Below are positions 35,313-38,215 of a stretch of 38,215 bases of DNA, piece by piece. The notes beneath the pieces were generated by a model. It ran no database searches. It was given only the letters and a program-made list of their open reading frames with translations, and was not told the origin of the DNA. The translations under genes and the position numbers were made by a program. Numbering within the stretch: the stretch's first letter is position 1; the number at the start of each line of letters is the position of its first letter. This DNA comes from a virus (lineage: Duplodnaviria; Caudoviricetes), in IMG/VR virus record IMGVR_UViG_3300020319_000005, positions 1-38,215 of that record; one strand, written 5' to 3'.

Positions 35313-35685
35313 CAAATTGTCCTTCGTGAGGAGTATTATCTGCTAAATTTTTTATAAATTTATCGTGAAAAGATTGTTTTTCTGGCACTATTTTTATTTC
35401 ATCTTTTGTAATACCATTCTTTTCATCTATTTTATCTTCAAGTTTATTTAAAGTTTCGTTGACACCTTTTAAAACTACATTATTATTATCGTAGCCTTCT
35501 TTTACATTTGCGCCTAGTTTCTTCATAATTGTTCTTCTTAATACATCTTCAGCGTCATCTTTTTTCTTAACTTTTTTACCTGTTGGATTCATATCAACAC
35601 CACCATGTGCAACAGCATTTGCTGGAGCGTCTTCATCCATTTTATTGATTAATTCATCAATCATATCTTTATAATGTTTGGGCAT
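35299..35685 (-). CDS. T4-like virion/internal protein (EDAPAN motif)
   Basis: MDE|DAPANAVAHGGVD motif typical of processed T4-like head proteins. Confidence 0.7.
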   Translation of the reverse strand: MPKHYKDMIDELINKMDEDAPANAVAHGGVDMNPTGKKVKKKDDAEDVLRRTIMKKLGANVKEGYDNNNVVLKGVNETLNKLEDKIDEKNGITKDEIKIVPEKQSFHDKFIKNLADNTPHEGQFGEDI

Positions 35686-36142
35686 ATTCGTCCTCCGATA
35701 CTAGTTCATTACCTCTCTCATATACATCTACGCCAAAACAAGTCATGTATGGCTCACCAGGTAATTCTGGTATTTCTCTTACTTCGTTTAATAACATATT
35801 ATATAAATTTTCTTCTTTTAAATATGTTATGACAGCTGACTCTATTGAGTCTTTATGCTGTGCATATGTTTTATCTTCTTTAATTAATAGTGCTAGAGCA
35901 ACTGCAAAAGAACCTAATCTACTACCAAGTCCTACTTTTTGCAATATTCTTTTTAGATTGAAAACAAATCTATGAAGCATTGTGTAATGTTTTCTTTCAC
36001 TACCTTTTACTTCTTTCATTTTTCTTAATGACTTACCTTTTTCATCAATAATACCTAATTCAAAAGCTTTAAACTTTTTAAAAGGTGTTACCAACATCTT
36101 TACAACTCGGTAAGTAATAATTAAATCTATTGCTCTGCTCAT
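35669..36142 (-). CDS. Conserved T4-like marine phage hypothetical protein
   Basis: YRVVKMLVTPF...ELGIIDEKG...HRFVFNLKRIL...AVALALLIKE. Confidence 0.8.
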   Translation of the reverse strand: MSRAIDLIITYRVVKMLVTPFKKFKAFELGIIDEKGKSLRKMKEVKGSERKHYTMLHRFVFNLKRILQKVGLGSRLGSFAVALALLIKEDKTYAQHKDSIESAVITYLKEENLYNMLLNEVREIPELPGEPYMTCFGVDVYERGNELVSEDEYAQTL

Positions 36143-36501
36143 AACTCTTTTAACATTTCCTCTATTTTACTATCTGCCTTTGTAGATTCCAACTCATGTG
36201 GATACAAATACTCCAGATAATTCAAACATGCTTTTAATACTGGCCAATATTGTTCATCTGTTTTATATAACAGCAGAGTTATTGCTACTTCAGCACTAAA
36301 AACATTTTGTAATACTATTAGATGATTTAAAACTAATCTTATTTTAATATCGCCTGTTATAGCATACTTACGAAATAACCTTTTTAGATATTTAAATCGC
36401 TTAATATCATCATAAAATTCCTCTTCTTTTTCAAGAGTAGGGTTATCATAGTTTTGTTGTGCAAACAACAACCAATTATCTTTGGTTATTTCTTTGAACA
36501 T
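36139..36501 (-). CDS. Conserved T4-like marine phage hypothetical protein
   Basis: FAQQNYDNP...EFYDDIKRFKYLKRLF...LNHLIVLQNVF. Confidence 0.8.
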   Translation of the reverse strand: MFKEITKDNWLLFAQQNYDNPTLEKEEEFYDDIKRFKYLKRLFRKYAITGDIKIRLVLNHLIVLQNVFSAEVAITLLLYKTDEQYWPVLKACLNYLEYLYPHELESTKADSKIEEMLKEL

Positions 36502-36508
36502 AAAAAGT

Positions 36509-36952
36509 CTATACTAATTTAGCAATGACTTTTGACGAACCGTTTTCTAGTGTTTCGTATTTAACATTAAGTTTCAGACCACCCTCTTTTTTGTGAGATA
36601 TGCCATCATCATTAATATCGGAACCGTCAATATCTTTACCAAATCTTCCTCCGAATTGTGTAACTTCAAGATTAGCTGAACCATTTCCTGTCATTTCAGG
36701 AATTGTCATGTCTAATCCTAATGTTTTCAATTTACTTGCTAATTGCTCCATAGCAGCTTTAGGATTTAAATATTCCTGACCTGCGATAGAACCTACAAAT
36801 GCATTTACTCTTTCAAGGACTTTAGGGTCTTGTATGTTATGGACACCGATACTTCCGTCTTCAACAGAATTAACTTCTGGTGTTCCAACATTACCAGCAC
36901 CGTACTTACCTTGCTTGTAGCCTTCTGCTATATGTTGTTTTAAAGTTTTCAT
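36509..36952 (-). CDS. Head-associated protein with T4 capsid-targeting-like N-terminus
   Basis: MKTLKQHIAE (compare T4 internal proteins MKTYQEFIAE); QFGGRFGK motif. Confidence 0.75.
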   Translation of the reverse strand: MKTLKQHIAEGYKQGKYGAGNVGTPEVNSVEDGSIGVHNIQDPKVLERVNAFVGSIAGQEYLNPKAAMEQLASKLKTLGLDMTIPEMTGNGSANLEVTQFGGRFGKDIDGSDINDDGISHKKEGGLKLNVKYETLENGSSKVIAKLV

Positions 36953-37083
36953 TTCTTTTCCTCGTTTTCTTTTTTATCCTCACCTTTTTCATTTTTATTT
37001 TCACTAGGTTTTTTATCACCTATTAAATCTTCTTCAAAATCTTCCAAATCTTTATCTTTAATATGTTGTTTTAAAGTTTTCAT
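36930..37083 (-). repeat. 23-bp exact direct repeat at two gene starts
   Basis: atatgttgttttaaagttttcat at 36930-36952 and 37061-37083 (encodes MKTLKQHI). Confidence 0.9.
36949..37083 (-). CDS. 44-aa highly charged peptide, internal-peptide-like
   Basis: MKTLKQHIKDKDLEDFEEDLIGDKKPSENKNEKGEDKKENEEKK; ATGA couplings at both ends. Confidence 0.65.
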   Translation of the reverse strand: MKTLKQHIKDKDLEDFEEDLIGDKKPSENKNEKGEDKKENEEKK

Positions 37084-37307
37084 CCTTTAGCGACCATTTC
37101 TTTTAAAGCTTTGGATTTTTCTTCACCCTCTACTTCAATTTTATTAATTAACCTATTTGTTTGTTGGATAGCACCGTTAAGAGCATTCATATTTGCTTTC
37201 ATCTGTACTAAATCCATCTCAACTTTTGTGATGTTTCTTTTCATCTCGTCAAAGTCTTTTTGCAAAAGAGTCTTCTCTTCTTGCAAAGTTTGTAAATCTA
37301 TAGCCAT
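37080..37307 (-). CDS. Coiled-coil protein
   Basis: Start MAIDL with SD GAGGA; NALNGAIQQ motif. Confidence 0.75.
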   Translation of the reverse strand: MAIDLQTLQEEKTLLQKDFDEMKRNITKVEMDLVQMKANMNALNGAIQQTNRLINKIEVEGEEKSKALKEMVAKG

Positions 37308-37324
37308 TATATTCCTCAATTATA

Positions 37325-37786
37325 TTATACAGCTGCGAAGTTGTGGCCACCCATAATATTCCAATTTGAATTTTTGAATATTAAAGTTACCGTTTCACCA
37401 GGTGCGTTCAAAGTTATCGTTGTGTGTCCTCTTAAATTAGATGGTGTTATAACAATATTGTTAGAACCACCAGTTGACACATTTATTATAGTCTTAATTT
37501 GACCATTTGCGCCATCAGCTAATGTGCAAGGTGCAGCCGCTGAAGTTGCGTTTACTTCAGTTACAGGTGTTGTTATATCAATTGATGATGATGTAGAACC
37601 ATCTCCTGTAATTGCTTGTGAAGTTGAATTTAAACCTAGCCAAGATGGTATATTATTTACTACATCTGCGGCTGTGATTTTTTTGTTGATTGGTGTTCCG
37701 CTTGGGTCATCCACTACATGGAATAAATCTACTGCGGCTAAACCGTCACCAAGGTCGGTTAGTTGTGTTACTTTTTTGTCTGCCAT
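37325..37786 (-). CDS. Virion structural protein (fibre-like N-terminus)
   Basis: MADKKVTQLTDL...DLFHVVDDPSGTPINKKIT motif, T/S/G-rich beta domain; late promoter and SD AGGAG. Confidence 0.75.
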   Translation of the reverse strand: MADKKVTQLTDLGDGLAAVDLFHVVDDPSGTPINKKITAADVVNNIPSWLGLNSTSQAITGDGSTSSSIDITTPVTEVNATSAAAPCTLADGANGQIKTIINVSTGGSNNIVITPSNLRGHTTITLNAPGETVTLIFKNSNWNIMGGHNFAAV

Positions 37787-37854
37787 TTTTATCTCCTATT
37801 AACCCCTTTCGGGGAATGCTACTTGCGCCAAATGACGCAATCACTTTGTTAATA

Positions 37855-37862
37855 TATTTATA
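37855..37862 (-). promoter_or_regulatory. T4-type late promoter TATAAATA
   Basis: Exact consensus immediately following the terminator U-tract. Confidence 0.8.
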
Positions 37863-37883
37863 AAAGGGGCCGTAGCCCCTTTT
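37862..37883 (-). terminator. Rho-independent terminator with C(UACG)G tetraloop
   Basis: AAAAGGGGC-TACG-GCCCCTTTT, 12 nt after the stop at 37896. Confidence 0.9.
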
Positions 37884-37895
37884 AATTAGTTGTTA

Positions 37896-38213
37896 TTATG
37901 CTACTACCGTAATTGTACCAGCTGCTGTACCTATACCAGCGGCGTTAGTTATTGTAGATACCGTTGAAGTACCTGCGTCTTTAACCGTACCACCGTTTAA
38001 AGCCATAGCGTTAGCACCAATTGATAAAACATCATCAGCGTCTGTAGCTGCGTTTCCAGCTGCAATTGTTAGTGAGAATACTAACTCGTTAGTACCTGTT
38101 CCACTAGCATATGATAATGTGTGATTTGCGTTAGTATCATTTACTACCGTTAATTGTGGTGTACCTGTAACATCAACAGCTTCATTGAATCTAACTCTAA
38201 CTTGTAAAGTTCC
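37896..38213 (-). CDS. C-terminal part of an Ig-like-domain virion protein (5' end outside the window)
   Basis: ...VRFNEAVDVTGTPQLTV...LSYASGTGTNELVFSLTI...LNGGTVKDAG...GTITVVA*; double stop followed by the terminator. Confidence 0.75.
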   Translation of the reverse strand, partial: GTLQVRVRFNEAVDVTGTPQLTVVNDTNANHTLSYASGTGTNELVFSLTIAAGNAATDADDVLSIGANAMALNGGTVKDAGTSTVSTITNAAGIGTAAGTITVVA

Positions 38214-38215
38214 AC

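Noticed and set aside
65-37802. Numerous short plus-strand ORFs in the track (e.g. 65-253, 2388-2669, 9892-10257, 22694-23023, 24677-24955, 26587-26904, 37524-37802)
   Set aside because: They are antisense shadows of well-supported minus-strand genes, with no SD or recognisable motif.

Overview
AT-rich segment of a T4-like myovirus genome. It is inferred to be an HTVC008M-type pelagimyophage (SAR11 host) from nrdAB class Ia, gp61 primase, glutaredoxin, TATAAATA late promoters and csgF/csgG genes. Almost all genes are on the minus strand. From left to right: (1) early/middle small genes behind sigma70-like promoters, including a GH73 glucosaminidase, two lipoproteins and a DUF3310 protein; (2) a ~9 kb glycan-modification island with about seven glycosyltransferase-like genes, an AsnB-like amidotransferase, a nucleotidyltransferase, deoD and a HAD phosphatase; (3) RuvC-like resolvase, nrdB, nrdA and primase; (4) the most striking locus, a csgF-csgG-curlin-FecR/curlin operon transcribed divergently from a CHASE2 membrane adenylate cyclase through a 15-bp palindromic double late promoter, which looks like a phage-encoded trans-envelope signalling system; (5) a putative lysis module (holin-like, i-/o-spanin, DUF1353); (6) late virion genes with T4-type capsid-targeting N-termini. 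No tRNA, rRNA, CRISPR array or transposase was supported. All family calls are motif recognition by eye, not database hits.
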